The translations under genes were made by a program, and so were the position numbers. 64,000 bases of DNA, from positions 104,904,001 through 104,968,000 of the forward strand of contig NC_079164.1 in assembly GCF_947568905.1 (NCBI RefSeq). The letters are read 5' to 3'. This stretch comes from Ostrea edulis. Its lineage: Eukaryota. Below the pieces are notes generated by a model. The model saw nothing but the letters and a program-made list of their open reading frames with translations, searched no databases and was not told the DNA's origin. Below, piece after piece: positions 14,241 to 26,991 of this stretch (positions are counted from its first letter, which is position 1; each line of letters starts with the position of its first letter).

Positions 14241-16181
14241 TCAAACATCGAAGAGGTTCGTGCAAGGAATTTCCTTATGTCCAATGTTCATGATTTTATC
14301 AATAAGAATGTTGGTAAATCGAGCCACTTTGTTTCGATTCTTTGGTATGCTTTCGGTTGAGTTGGAGACCAAGAACCCCCCTTGTTGGTATCGCACCTGA
14401 CGAACGATGCCGACGAGGAGTTCATCAATGTTGTGATTTAGAACCACTGATGTCTCAACGTATTTGCATTTGTATTTATCTGCAAGTTTTCTTGCCTCTG
14501 TAAAATGAAGAAAGAGAAAAAATATTAGTTAACAAGCGAAAAGCCGAAATAATAGGGTCACTAAACAGGTGGGGGAAAAAAACAAAATTCAATTGAATTT
14601 TGAAATAAAAAATTAAGGATTGTAACTGGTTCCCACCTTTTTCTGATACGACTCGTGTTCTTGCTAAATCAACTTTGTTGGCCACCAAGAAAACGGGTAT
14701 GTCAAAATGAAGATCCTGGCGAATAAATTGCAGTTTTCTAGAGGCGTTTTTGTAGGACTGGGCGTCAATGACCGAGAAGACCACTACAACTGTGTCAACA
14801 GCAGCTCGTGATCCTTGAATCTATAAAAGAAAAATGAAGTAAAGCATCAATCCCGTGTCTTTTAACGTTGTCAATTACTAGACGACAAAAATAGAGTTTG
14901 TGCAAGATCAATGGAAAGAGCTGTCATCTTCAGCGGTTCATTGGCCTTTCAATTTGCTGGTTGTGCAAAATATATCTCCTTCCAATTACTGGATCAATCT
15001 GCCTTTTGTCGTTTTTATGTGTGAACACAGCATTTTGGAAAAACTACAGACGATAGTGCTGTTCCACAAGCGAGACGTCAATGAGTGGAGACAATATTCA
15101 TTAATCGCGTAGGAATATTGATCATCTAGCATTGATTGGTGACGAAAATGCATATTCACTTGTTGCTCACGCTGTTCGATTATTTTTTTTTCAGTTTAGG
15201 GTGACAGATGGCTGAGTCACAAATCTGACTCAAGAATAGTGACGTCAAGAGTTACTATCAAAACGTGCAATAAAAAATCCCTGGGAAATTATAAAGTCGG
15301 TACCAACTAACATGAATCATCGAAAAATCTTGATAAGAACAAAAGTTATAAGTTTATTTTCTGCAGATTTAAACCAATTTTTCAGTCTGGGCCAAGTAAA
15401 GTTATTGTAATTTCCAAAATGATTTATTTTTTCGTGTTCATGTAGCTAGCTAGTTTGTTTTATTTAATTTTTTTTTTCATATTTTGTTTTACTTTAAGTT
15501 TTGCTCAAAAATATATATTAAAAGTATATTTACCATGAAATCTTCCTCCGTCACAAATGACAAAAAACATTCTTCTCCGTCCAAACTAACGCACACCTCT
15601 TCTTCATTCGGTTCCATAGCATCTATGAATACCAGAAATACCACCATTATTCAACTAATTACAAAATTATTTCAAATACTTCAACCAATTAGGAAATTAT
15701 CTTTTCAATTAGGAAGTATGAATGAACACTTACCACAATTATTAATGCACAGTTCTTCCGAGGTGGTGAACTGACTTTTTAACGTTTTCATTCCTACACC
15801 ACCAGATCCAATGACCGCCACCATGTAGCGCTCGGTCTCCACGGGATGGAGACTGTCATTAGAGTTATTGCACCCTGTATGTCTCGATTCGCTCTCCTGT
15901 AGGCTGGTATTGCTCTGATAACTGGAATTCGTCTCAATACTCAGAGTACTTTTTCTTCTGATTTTGTCTCCGCGGTTTCGCAGTCCTTTAGGAGTAATGC
16001 TGAAAGACCTTACACGTTCCATTGGAGAGTCTGAAATTTCTGTCATAAAAGTAGAATTCGGAACACTGTTTCTTCTTCTGGCTTCAATGGGTACTTGCAA
16101 AATGCTTGGTTTCTCCATGCTGAATGAAGATGCACGTTCGACACCAAGTCCTCTGTTCACAGTTAAGAATTTTGTTTCCAT
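14241..16181 (-). CDS. RGK-family (Rem/Rad/Gem/Kir-like) small GTPase, 325 aa; complement(join(14241..14497,14637..14820,15534..15622,15734..16181))
   Basis: All three introns are GT-AG with polypyrimidine tracts, and phases match (448+89+184+257=978 nt, 326 codons). The protein has an N-terminal extension (RRNSVP, RVRSFSITPKGLRNRGD), a G1-like GSGGVGMKTL, VSLDGEECFL, VVVVFSVID, IPVFLVANKVDLARTRVVS (G4), CKYVETSVVLNHNIDELLVGIVRQVR (G5), and the C-terminal C-7 motif CTNLFDV typical of RGK proteins. The 89-nt exon 2 is not in the ORF track. The exact paralog is not assignable. Confidence 0.92.
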
Positions 16182-19046
16182 TTTAGAATATATCAAATTA
16201 GAATCACTACTACAATACTCTAAGGCTCTATTCGTTGTATGCTATCGATACTATGCTCTACAACCTTTATACACGTTTAGGTGAGTCATCAGCAACCGCT
16301 TGGATAACGTAAACATTGGATCTTTTAATAGACAACCAATCAGATGATATGTTCCCGCCCCTTTTTTCTGATGCAGTAACTGTACCTCATCGACAGCTTA
16401 TCATAGCAACGTTATCAATATTGTCTCATCAAGGCCGATTTCACGAGTAACAGAAGGCGCGCTGGCTCGGGTTTCTATCCTTAATGCGCCACTACAGTGT
16501 AAAGAAAAATATAATTTTACGTATAACATTTGCGAAATTCAGAAATCACTCGAAAATGATGTCATTACCTGTGTACAGCTTATAATGCATTTTTTCTAAC
16601 GTAAGCATTTAACATCTTCAATGACATTTTATCCCTTTTACGAAACAAAATCATATGAGAGGAATTGAAGCTTTTTTCGTAAACAATGTATTTTTTTCTA
16701 TTGAAGAGATTTATATTTTGTGCAAATTGATTATTTCTTACGTATATGTAATGTTTAGTAAACAGTTTGGGTGATAATGGGTTAGTTTGGACTATACAAA
16801 TCTTCTATTACACGAAAGGTGATCAACCAGTACTTTATGCATAATTTTGATATAATTGTATGTTAACGTTCGATAGATTTTAACGCTAAAATGCAGTAAT
16901 TTTGTATTCTATTTTCACGATAGGGTTTTGAAGAATCGTGTTGCTTCTTTTATTTGCACTCACCAGCGCAGTAGGCTGGTGAGTAAAAACTTCACCTGGT
17001 ACATTGTATAGTTGCAGTATTTGCAAAGCTGTTGTATTGTGACTCAGATGTGGAGTGAACCCAATACCTCTGGACTGTTGTGTCAAATCTTCAGCAGAGG
17101 CTCAATAACATTTGGCGAGCAGCGTGGAGTCGGGGTACTCTCTTGCGGGTTAGAATGATTGCTTCCAAGAACTTCGTCCCAGTGAAGTTGAGACTCTGGG
17201 GTATCGGGGATCTCTGTCTCTCGATCGATCGATCGATCGATAGAGCAATATGTATAGTATCCTACTAGTGTTGGCTAGTTGGTGAACGATTGTGATCGGA
17301 AAGAGGACTGGACTGACGATCCAGAGGTCCGGGGTTCTCTCCAAACTGAAGATACAATGTCGTCTCTGTCGCAAATAAAACATTGTTTTTATGTAGAATA
17401 AGAAATGTACAGTGCATTATCCTCACAGGATCACTAAAAAAAGCTTAGTTCTGATTTTAAAATTGTTGAACAAATAATACCAATATATATAGTAATTTTT
17501 CTCGTAGTCTTCATATCAAGATATGGGAAATATAATCATATGGGAAATGATTTTAAAATTCCATCTTCACTGAATGTAGACATTTGCATATTTCTCTTGC
17601 CAATAATAGATTTTAGAACTATTTGGAAAGCGAAAATTAAAAAATTATAGCAGTATTATAGGATCTATGTAAAGAATTTATCAATAATTCTAATAACGCA
17701 TTATAGATTATGTTATTTTCATAACGTTCGTTTCAGATTAAGCCGACTTTGATGTCACAGGAAGTAAATGTTGTTATGAAAGTTATCGTGCATGCATGAC
17801 AACAACGTTGTGCTCACAGGCAAACATACAGCTCCCTCTACCGTTATTGGTTGCATGGTCCATGATTGTAAAATGGTACTGCAAAACTTGTTTACAAATT
17901 ACAGTGAAAAATATGTTTATGAGGCCGATTATCACCATTCTACGTAAATGACTGATAATTTTCTCTTCCTGTTTACAATGTACATCTGCTTTACGAAGGA
18001 GAGAAGTTCAAATGTATTCACCATTTAAAGACAAAATATTAGTATCTATATAAGTATATCCTGCTATGTGAATTAGTTGCTATTCGATTTCTTAATCATT
18101 TATCACGTGACTCTGGAAGCCGATTTTCGGATTAATTCTTTCATCATCTAATTTGCCATCTGAAAATCACATCAATTCAATTGGGTTTCTCTTGCTGGAA
18201 CCATTCCGTTCAAAAGCAGGGGGTTGGGGTTGTGATAGGTTTAGGCAAAGAGATTGTGAGTTGGTATAATAGTCTATGTTTGATTACAAACATGGAATAG
18301 TTAAACTGAAATACACGAAAGAAAGGTCATGTAACTGGCCACGATTGTATGACGCCTATGTTGAATTCTGTACTCGAACAGAAAGGCTGTATAGAATCAA
18401 AGCATTGCTGCCACAAGCACGTGTTATTGTATTTTTCTGCTATTTTTCTCCTTTCTTTTGAAATGAATATAATGAAAATCACATCACTGAATAGATTGTT
18501 TAACTCAGAATTTTCGATTTGATCTTTTTTTATCTAGAGTTGCTAAATTTCAATTATCGATATAAGAACAATTTTTTTTAATCAAATACAAAAATGACAG
18601 TATTGTTACAACTCTGGAGGCAAGTGCAAAATTTACACCTTAGATTTACAATACATGTATCATCATATGATAAGTATATATGCTCAGATCTAAAGGCACA
18701 ATTTATTCGATTTATTCAATATAAAGCATCTACAAATTACATTTCGTGGGATTTAATTGACGTTGGCGCTCCTTTCTCACGAATTTAAAACCTCGATGAA
18801 ATGTACATTTTATACTCTGTTTCACTGTGCAAAAACTACACGGATCCTGAAAATCGCATCGAGATTGAACTGCAAAACATTGACAAGCCACGAAGATTGG
18901 CCCCCAACGGATGCAAAAGATTCCAAGAATGCAATATACATTACATTTACGCATTTACAGTATACGTATACAAAAGTACTTTAAGTGACGTCATCTTTTT
19001 TATCGAGAATATCTGCTACATCACCAGCGTAATTTTCACATGACAC

Positions 19047-19430
19047 TACGTGGTAGCCTAGCGGTTAGGTCGATCGCTTCGCAACGGAGAAGTCCCGTGT
19101 TCAATTCTCAATCCCGTAGCCGCGTCAAACCTCAGGTATTTAAAAGAGGCATTAAGAGTGAAAGTCACGGGCGTAGTGAATATGACCTTAACGACCGTCA
19201 AACCTCAGGTATTTAAAAGAGGCATTAAGAGTGAAAGTCACGGGCGTAGTGAATATGACCTTAACGACGGTCCCGTTTCACGGTAGGTGTTGGTAGGATA
19301 AAGGCCCTCGTTGCTGCGGACTTGAGCACCATGGACTAGGTCAAAATGTGTGGCACTTCACCTACAGCTGGTGACGTCTCTCTACACGAGTGTATTGTTG
19401 AATGACGTAAAACAAACACACAAAACAAAT
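19047..19430 (+). mobile_element. Diverged tRNA-derived SINE (family A) with internal 73-bp tandem duplication
   Basis: Degenerate tRNA-like head, GCCGCGTCAAACCT body start, and TGTGGCACTTCACCTACAGCTGGTGACGTCTC 3' module. 19124-19196 is repeated from 19197. Confidence 0.75.
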
Positions 19431-20349
19431 ACACTCGACGATGCATTTTTAAGCGGAGAAGACTAAAAACAGCAAAGCATTTGCAAAATCTGTTTTCTTT
19501 GTACTTACACAATTAAGTACAAATTTTCTTTGTTTTTTCTTCACTAATTCATTGAGGTATGTTCCGAGTTCTCTCACAGCAAGATCAATTATCATGCCTC
19601 TGAGTACAAATATTATAAATACTAGGAATTTTATTAGATTTTTTTTTTAACGAAAGTATTTATTTTCAGATAACAGCCCTCTATTTTTACCATGTATTTA
19701 AATATAAACCAGGGTAGGCTGTTTCCCTGGGGTACTCTTTCAAAGCAAACAACATTCATGAAATTTTTGCTCGTATACAAATTGATCCGATTCAAGACGA
19801 TATTTTGTGTCAACCCTTGTATTTAAAGGTGATCACTGAAAATCTGATTTATAATGGTATTGAACTGTTCCTGCAGCAGATGATTACGGTATTGAAGTGA
19901 TGCTCGGTTGAATACTGGATAAAACCTTGGATTTGTTTTTGTCATCCCACGGAAAGTAATTAGTCAGCTGTCACCCACTAAACAGTTTATGCTTCTTACA
20001 CAGGAAGTTTAGATTTCCCTTTTAAAATTTCTATCCTGTTTACATGGAGTTTTTATCTTGAGAAAACATGAAATCATGTTTTGCTTTGTTTAGAAAATAT
20101 ATGTCTAAAAGTAGGATAATGGGAAGTGAAAATCTAAACACCTAGTTCCTGTTGTGAACAGTACCACTATCATGATTTGTCAACTGTGTTTAAAAGAACA
20201 CAACAACCCACGTACAATATCTAAAATAAAATAAGTACATCAGAGTTCGAACATATTATGTTACCTTTTACCTTGTTAAAAGTCTAAAAGATAACGTAAT
20301 ATGTTCAAATACTAATCTACTTTTTCAATTTTAAATATTGTAGACCTAT

Positions 20350-20611
20350 CCCGTGGGGATTCGGGTTAGTATAGGTCCTTAGTACCCCTTGCTTGTCGTA
20401 AGAGGCGACTACATGGGGCGGTCCTTCGGATGAGAACGCCAAAACCGAGGTTCCGTGTCATAGAAGGTGTTGCACGATAAAGATCCCTCCCTGCTCAAAG
20501 GCCACAAGCGCCGAGCATAGGCCCAAATTTTGTAGCCCGTCACCGACAATGGTGATGTCTTCATATGAGTGAAAAATTCCCAAGAGGGATGTTAAACAAA
20601 AATCAATCAAT
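20350..20611 (+). mobile_element. SINE-like element family B (non-tRNA head CCCGTGGGGAT...)
   Basis: Same 250-bp sequence as the copies at 29720, 32355, 33771, 40784 and 59524; (CAAT)n-like tail. Confidence 0.85.
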
Positions 20612-20744
20612 AATATTATAAGTCTTATAATTACATCAAATACTCTTGACAATATCTATATGCAAAAACTGAGTAAAGCAAATGGTATTCCTGTTTTTGA
20701 GAAGGACATATACACAACAATATTTTGTCGATAATTTTCAAACC

Positions 20745-21097
20745 GGTCACGGTAGCTCATTGGTAGAGCGTTCGCTTCGTAACAGGAAGATCAGGGGTTC
20801 GAGTCCCGCTCGTGACCGCGTTATCTTCACCTTTCATATTAGTGTATATTCTTTGAAAAAAACAAAGTAGGCAGAGATTGCTCCTTCGCAAAACACTCGG
20901 CATTTCAAAGTGATAGTCATAGGTCTTTCGTGTGATAACCTTAAAACTAAATGTCGCGGCGGGGGTGGGGGTACATTATAGAACTCGAACTTCTCCGGTC
21001 CTTAGCACTAAACATAGGCCTCAATTTGTGGTGTTTCACCTACAGTTGGTGATGTCTCAATATGAGTGAAAAATTCTAAAGTGAAGTCAAACAAACC
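20745..21097 (+). mobile_element. tRNA-derived SINE (family A)
   Basis: Head 20745-20817 has a paired acceptor stem and D arm, A box TAGCTCATTGG and B box GGTTCGAGTCC, but broken anticodon and T stems. The family A body follows. Confidence 0.85.
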
Positions 21098-23039
21098 AGA
21101 ATAATAATACGTGTATACATGTATCCATTGTTTTATACAAGTAGTCAGTTTCCATTCATTTTTAAAACCCATGTACATTTACAACCAAAAAAGAAGAATC
21201 AAAGAAATTATAACTAATAAGTTTACTTTATGATCCAATCAAAACATTTCAAGTCAAATTGTGATAAGTGCATTTACCTCCTCTCACCAGTAGAGTTAAA
21301 AAATTTCGCTTTGACCATTAGATCTAAGTTGTTGAAATCTCACACAATGCTAATCTAAAAGATGACCGAGAATATCTCTCTCCGTCATTATCCACCACCC
21401 AGTAGCTTTGTAATCTTTGTAGGTAACCGTAAAACATAATGATATACAAACCGACATTACTTTGCATTTCTAATTTTTCATGATGAAGAAGTTAACGAGC
21501 TTTCAAAATAAAATGAAAAGAGAGGTGCAGTGATTGGAACTATGCTATCAATCAACTCACCTCAAATTACCTCCTAATCATATAACAACCAACTGAACGC
21601 ATCTATTCTTATTGAAGGCATTGACATACATAATGGAATATCTTTAAAAGCAACGTGACCATTTTCCGCAAAATCATTCATTCGTTGTTGACTGCTTAGT
21701 CTTATTACAGCAGTGGTTAGAGAAACATTTCTACTCCGTGACTCTCTAATTGTTTTATATTCAAATTAATACCTTTACTGTTCCGAGAGTATCCATTCCA
21801 AGTTTGGTTTTATATATCTAGTATCCATTTATCAATATCGTCAACTATTATGTCCAGATAAATATTTGCATCCTGGATTTAGACTATTTCATGGTTTGGG
21901 ATTATATTCTAGGAATGCATTGACTGCATTGCACAGAACGTCCATAGCATCTGCTATCCAATAATCTTGGGTTTTATTGTCTTGCGATGACAGGTTATTG
22001 TACACCGTCAATTCAAAAACTGTTCCCAAGTGTTATTTTTGAATGACTTACGAGGACGGGTTTCTCCTTTGCATGCGTCATAGTATTCATCGACAACTCT
22101 TTATCAGCATGAAATCAGAATCCCAATCAGCTTTTCTAGTCAATGTTGTAGACTGTTCATCATTTACTCAGAATGTAGCAGAAGTTCCATACGGCAGCTG
22201 AAAGAAGAAGACACGTCAGGACACCGTGATCTAATATACCGATGTTGTTGTACCTAGTTGACCACAATGACGTCATGTTTTTTAATATTGCAAACAGAAT
22301 AGAACATCGCGGGTTTGTTACGGCAGATCATACCCTCATTTGCGCATGTGAATTGCAGTCTTTAAAATCTATTTTTAAACCAAAGAATTTTGTACTTAAC
22401 CTTTTGAAATTATTTTGTGTTTACATGAGAACATTTTGTATCAGAACGAGGTGACAAATATGCGCTTCGGTATGACGTCATCACATGGCTGTTCTAAATA
22501 GATAATAAAAGTACCTTTAAAATAAAAATAAAAATGACAAAATATGACATTACCCCAATCCCCAGGGTTTAAACATTGATCCATTTGGAGGTATTTACGA
22601 TAAAACACCTTTATTGAAAGTGTTGCTAGAACTCTACTTCTTCAATAAGAAATAATTCTCGACACGAAACTCGCTTAGGTTTTTTTTTTTTTTGTTTGTT
22701 TGTTTTTTTTGTTTTTTGTTTTGTTTTTTTTTTTTGCAATTTACACTGACGTTTTTAGAGTTCTTTTGGAAGATTTTCTTAACAGGCGATTCAAGCAGCC
22801 TATTTCCGTGTATATTACCATTCACTCGGTGTATAAAAAAAGACTTTAAAGTGTTATAATTTAGGCAGACGATAGAGGAAAATCGGACCGACATGCTCAA
22901 TGGAAACCGTTCAATGAATGAATTCCACATAAATTCATAATTTCAATAAATTCTCAACGTTTCAGGTATATATCATTGGCATGTATCTTAAATACTTATA
23001 TATCTTTTGATCGGCATCGACGTCTACAAATCTGAAAGA

Positions 23040-23550
23040 GAGTTCAATTTGTAACCAACGTGTCAAGGAGGCTCCAAGCTGAAATCAAAGAGTCAAGAAT
23101 AATTCAATTTGTTATCAAAGTGCCAAGGAAGGTCCAAACTGTCAAGGAGGGTTCTAATCAAATCAAAGTATCAAAGAAGGGTTCAAACTGAAATCAAAGT
23201 ATCAAAGAAGAGTTCAAACTGAAATCAAAATGTCAAAGAGGGTTCAAACTATAATCAAAGTATGAATGAGGATTCAAATTAAATTCATTGATGTATTAAG
23301 GAAGGTTCAAACTGAAATCAAAAGTGTCAAGGGAGGGCCGAATTGTAATCAGAGTGCCAAGGAGGGTTCAAAATGTAATAAAAATGTCGAGGGGTTTAAA
23401 CTGCAATGGAAGTATCAAGTAGGGTTCAACCTGAGAGTAAAGTGTCAAGGAGAGCTCAAACTGAATTCGAAGTGTCAATGAGGGTCCGAACTGTAATCAA
23501 AAGTGTTAAGGGAAATAGTGTCAAGGAGGGTCCAAACTGAAATCAAAGTG
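23040..23550. repeat. Degenerate ~30-bp tandem repeat (TCAAACTGAAATCAAAGTGTCAAGGAGGGT-like)
   Basis: Recurrent TCAAAGTGTCAAGGAGGG / TCAAACTGAAA motifs at about 30-bp spacing. Confidence 0.8.
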
Positions 23551-24250
23551 GGGGGGGGGGGGGGGGGGTGATGATATGTGTCGTTTCCATCAAGCCAAAA
23601 AAATCAAAACTTTTAAAATAGAAGAAATGCAAAAGGACAAAAACACTACCCGTATTTTTAAGTACGCTTATTTTTAATGATGATGTATAGTCTTCACGTG
23701 CTTAGTGTCTGAACTTTTGTGGTTTGGTCTTTGGGGTATCGTTTTTGCTATTCAGATTTCACCTTACACTCGCCACGCATCTCTGGTTTGGCAGAAATAT
23801 AAGCATGATATAATTCGGTATAATATGAGAATGCAATCCTCAAAGAAAACAGAACACAAAGTGATTTATCATGTTTGTAAACGACAGGGTATAATTTTTT
23901 TTTCTGGGATCGCTACTGCTCCAAGATTTTTACCAGCGTGATCATTATTTAATATAAAAAATAATTCAATATCATACAAAAGGTGGACTGTTATGAATGA
24001 AGTAAAAACAAAGGAGAGAGGGTGGATGCGGGGCTAGTAGGAAAATTCGGTAGGTCATTACAGTGTGTACAAACAATGGATAGATCGATAGTGTGTTAAC
24101 CCTACTATCTTTGACAATGTTACAGACGGCTAATGTTAATGCCACTTAAACATATTGATTAACTGATTAAAAAGGTAATTGACATTATGATCGGCGTAAA
24201 TCTATTTAGTAAAGAACACAGAAGAATGACAAATACGAATAGTTTATATA

Positions 24251-25780
24251 CTGTACCTATATAAACCTCCTGTAAAGATATTAGATATAAGCAGAGACAG
24301 GGGAAAACTACTGTACCTATATAAACCTCCTGTAAAGATATTGTACCTATATAAACCTCCTGTAAAGATATTAGATATAAACAGAGACAGGGGAGAATTA
24401 CTGTACCTATATAAACCTCCTGTAAAGATACTGTACCTATATAAACCTCCTGTAAAGATATTAGATATAAACAGAGACAGGGGAGAACTACTGTACCTAT
24501 ATAAACCTCCTGTAAAGATATTAGATATAAACAGAGACAGGGGAAAACTACTGTACCTATATAAACCTCCTGTAAAGATACTGTACCTATATAAACCTCC
24601 TGTAAAGATATTAGATATAAACAGAGACAGGGGAGAACTACTGTACCTATATAAACCTCCTGTAAAGATATTAGATATAAGCAGAGACAGGGGAGAACTA
24701 CTGTACCTATATAAACCTCCTGTAAAGATACTGTACCTATATAAACCTCCTGTAAAGATATTAGATATAAACAGAGACAGGGGAGAACTACTGTACCTAT
24801 ATAAACCTCCTGTAAAGATATTGTACCTATATAAACCTCCTGTAAAGATATTGTACCTATATAAACCTCCTGTAAAGATACTGTACCTATATAAACCTCC
24901 TGTAAAGATACTTTACCTATATAAACCTCCTGTAAAGATATTAGATATAAACAGAGACAGGGGAAAACTACTGTACCTATATAAACCTCCTGTACAGATA
25001 TTGTACCTATATAAACCTCCTGTAAAGATACTGTACCTATATAAACCTCCTGTAAAGATGTTAGATATAAACAGAGACAGGGGAGAACTACTGTACCTAT
25101 ATAAACCTCCTGTAAAGATACTGTACCTATATAAACCTCCTGTAAAGATACTGTACCTATATAAACCTCCTGTAAAGATATTAGATATAAGCAGAGACAG
25201 GGGAGAACTACTGTACCTATATAAACCTCCTGTAAAGATATTGTACCTATATAAACCTCCTGTAAAGATACTGTACCTATATAAACCTCCTGTACAGATA
25301 TTAGATATAAGCAGAGACAGGGGAGAACTACTGTACCTATATAAACCCCCTGTAAAGATACTGTACCTATATAAACCTCCTGTAAAGATATTAGATATAA
25401 ACAGAGACAGGGGAGAACTACTGTACCTATATAAACCTCCTGTACAGATATTAGATATAAACAGAGACAGGGGAGAACTACTGTACCTATATAAACCTCC
25501 TGTAAAGATATTGTACCTATATAAACCTCCTGTAAAGATATTAGATATAAGCAGAGACAGGGGAGAACTACTGTACCTATATAAACCTCCTGTAAAGATA
25601 TTAGATATAAGCAGAGACAGGGGAGAACTACTGTACCTATATAAACCTCCTGTAAAGATATTGTACCTATATAAACCTCCTGTAAAGATACTGTACCTAT
25701 ATAAACCTCCTGTAAAGATATTGTACCTATATAAACCTCCTGTAAAGATATTAGATATAAGCAGAGACAGGGGAAAACTA
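24251..25780. repeat. Compound minisatellite of two unrelated 30-bp modules (35 x A, 16 x B)
   Basis: A=CTGTACCTATATAAACCTCCTGTAAAGATA, B=TTAGATATAAACAGAGACAGGGGAGAACTA. 51 units in exact 30-bp register. It produces the long repetitive ORFs on both strands. Confidence 0.97.
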
Positions 25781-26217
25781 CAATAGAACATTCACTTTTG
25801 TTAAAGAAAGGAACGTGAAGCATAGTTCACGTGTTGAAAATTTCAGGTTCTCATATGAAATAAATATTCTCATATCAGTTACCAGGAGGAGACACGCCAC
25901 AGTTTTATTGATGAGAATATGCCGCTAGAACACAAAATCCCACAACTTTATACCTTTTCACTCGAATAGTTTTTTTTTACAGTTTCAAAAAATTTCACAT
26001 GTAATTTATGAAGCAAATGATTTTATGATGACGAATGATATTTGATGAGTTATATTTTAAGCATATTTTGATTGGATAGCAGTTAGCGTCAGGGTAAGAT
26101 AACCCTATCGGAAACGCCGCATAATAGTTTTCCTTCTTTTTATAATGATTCCGTTTTGATACTGGCAAGTCTGGATTCTTAATATTTATTATTGATCATG
26201 ATAGTTGAATATTAAAT

Positions 26218-26300
26218 AAAGGTCCAAATTTGTGGCACTTCACCTACAGCTAGTGACGTCTAGATTAGAGTAAAAAAAAATTCTCGAAGGAACATCAAAC
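26218..26300 (+). mobile_element. 3' fragment of SINE family A
   Basis: GGTCCAAATTTGTGGCACTTCACCTACAGCTAGTGACGTC matches the family A 3' module. Confidence 0.65.
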
Positions 26301-26991
26301 GTTGGTTATGATGTCATGGCAAATCTTTGGCTCCCAACACGAATTAAGTGGAGAGCCTTGATTTGAGTTGACGGAAGCCATAAACTTCTAATCACCGAAA
26401 TTATTAGTAAATAAGTATTTGATCATACCGAACAATTCGAGGCTAATCAATAGCGTGGAATATGGCGATCGTTTAGAAATTCTTGCAATACCGACCTCGT
26501 CCGTTTTGCATCTGATTCAGTATGAAGTTGATCACCATAAACGAACAAAGCCGTGAGAACCACTTTTGATCTTTGGAAATAGACAGAAATCAACAAGGCT
26601 ACAAATCAATAGAAATGTGTCCTTATGTTCAGCACAGGGTCTAGGTCAAGGTCATAACAGGGGTTTAAAGGTATATCAAGAAATACTAGTATAAACCGAA
26701 TGATATAGGAAAACTCATTAAAAGCTTTCTTTTATAGAAAGACAATTTGTCATGTCAATGTACAAACATCATCATCGTAGTGTATCAAAAGTTTATTCAG
26801 ATGAAATCTTTTTAAGAATTACAAACTACAAATTCTCAAACTTCACATTACGTCTCCCGGAACCAAAGGTTTTTTTCAAAAGAGTGACCAAAAGTTTATT
26901 GCTAGCAGATCCTGTATATTCTTTAATGATGAAACTTACATCTACTACACCTATAACAAGCTTGTTACCGACTCCGCAAGTGACCTCTAAA

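Noticed and set aside
16270-16345. AP-1 (TGAGTCA) and CCAAT motifs as the RGK promoter
   Set aside because: Short motifs occur by chance and the transcription start is unknown. Plausible but unsupported.
17063-17390. Possible solo LTR (GC-richer tract with a (GATC)n run and AATAAA)
   Set aside because: No second copy, TSD or PBS/PPT could be identified.
20745-20817. Functional tRNA gene (CGT anticodon)
   Set aside because: The anticodon and T stems do not pair, and the sequence continues into a SINE body present in several copies.
24251-25780. CRISPR array
   Set aside because: There are no unique spacers (the intervening B module is constant), no cas genes, and the context is eukaryotic.
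24159-25823. The three longest ORFs (554, 481 and 292 aa) as protein genes
   Set aside because: They are entirely the translation of a 30-bp two-module minisatellite, with no unique domain or splice context. Open frames follow from the unit length being a multiple of 3.
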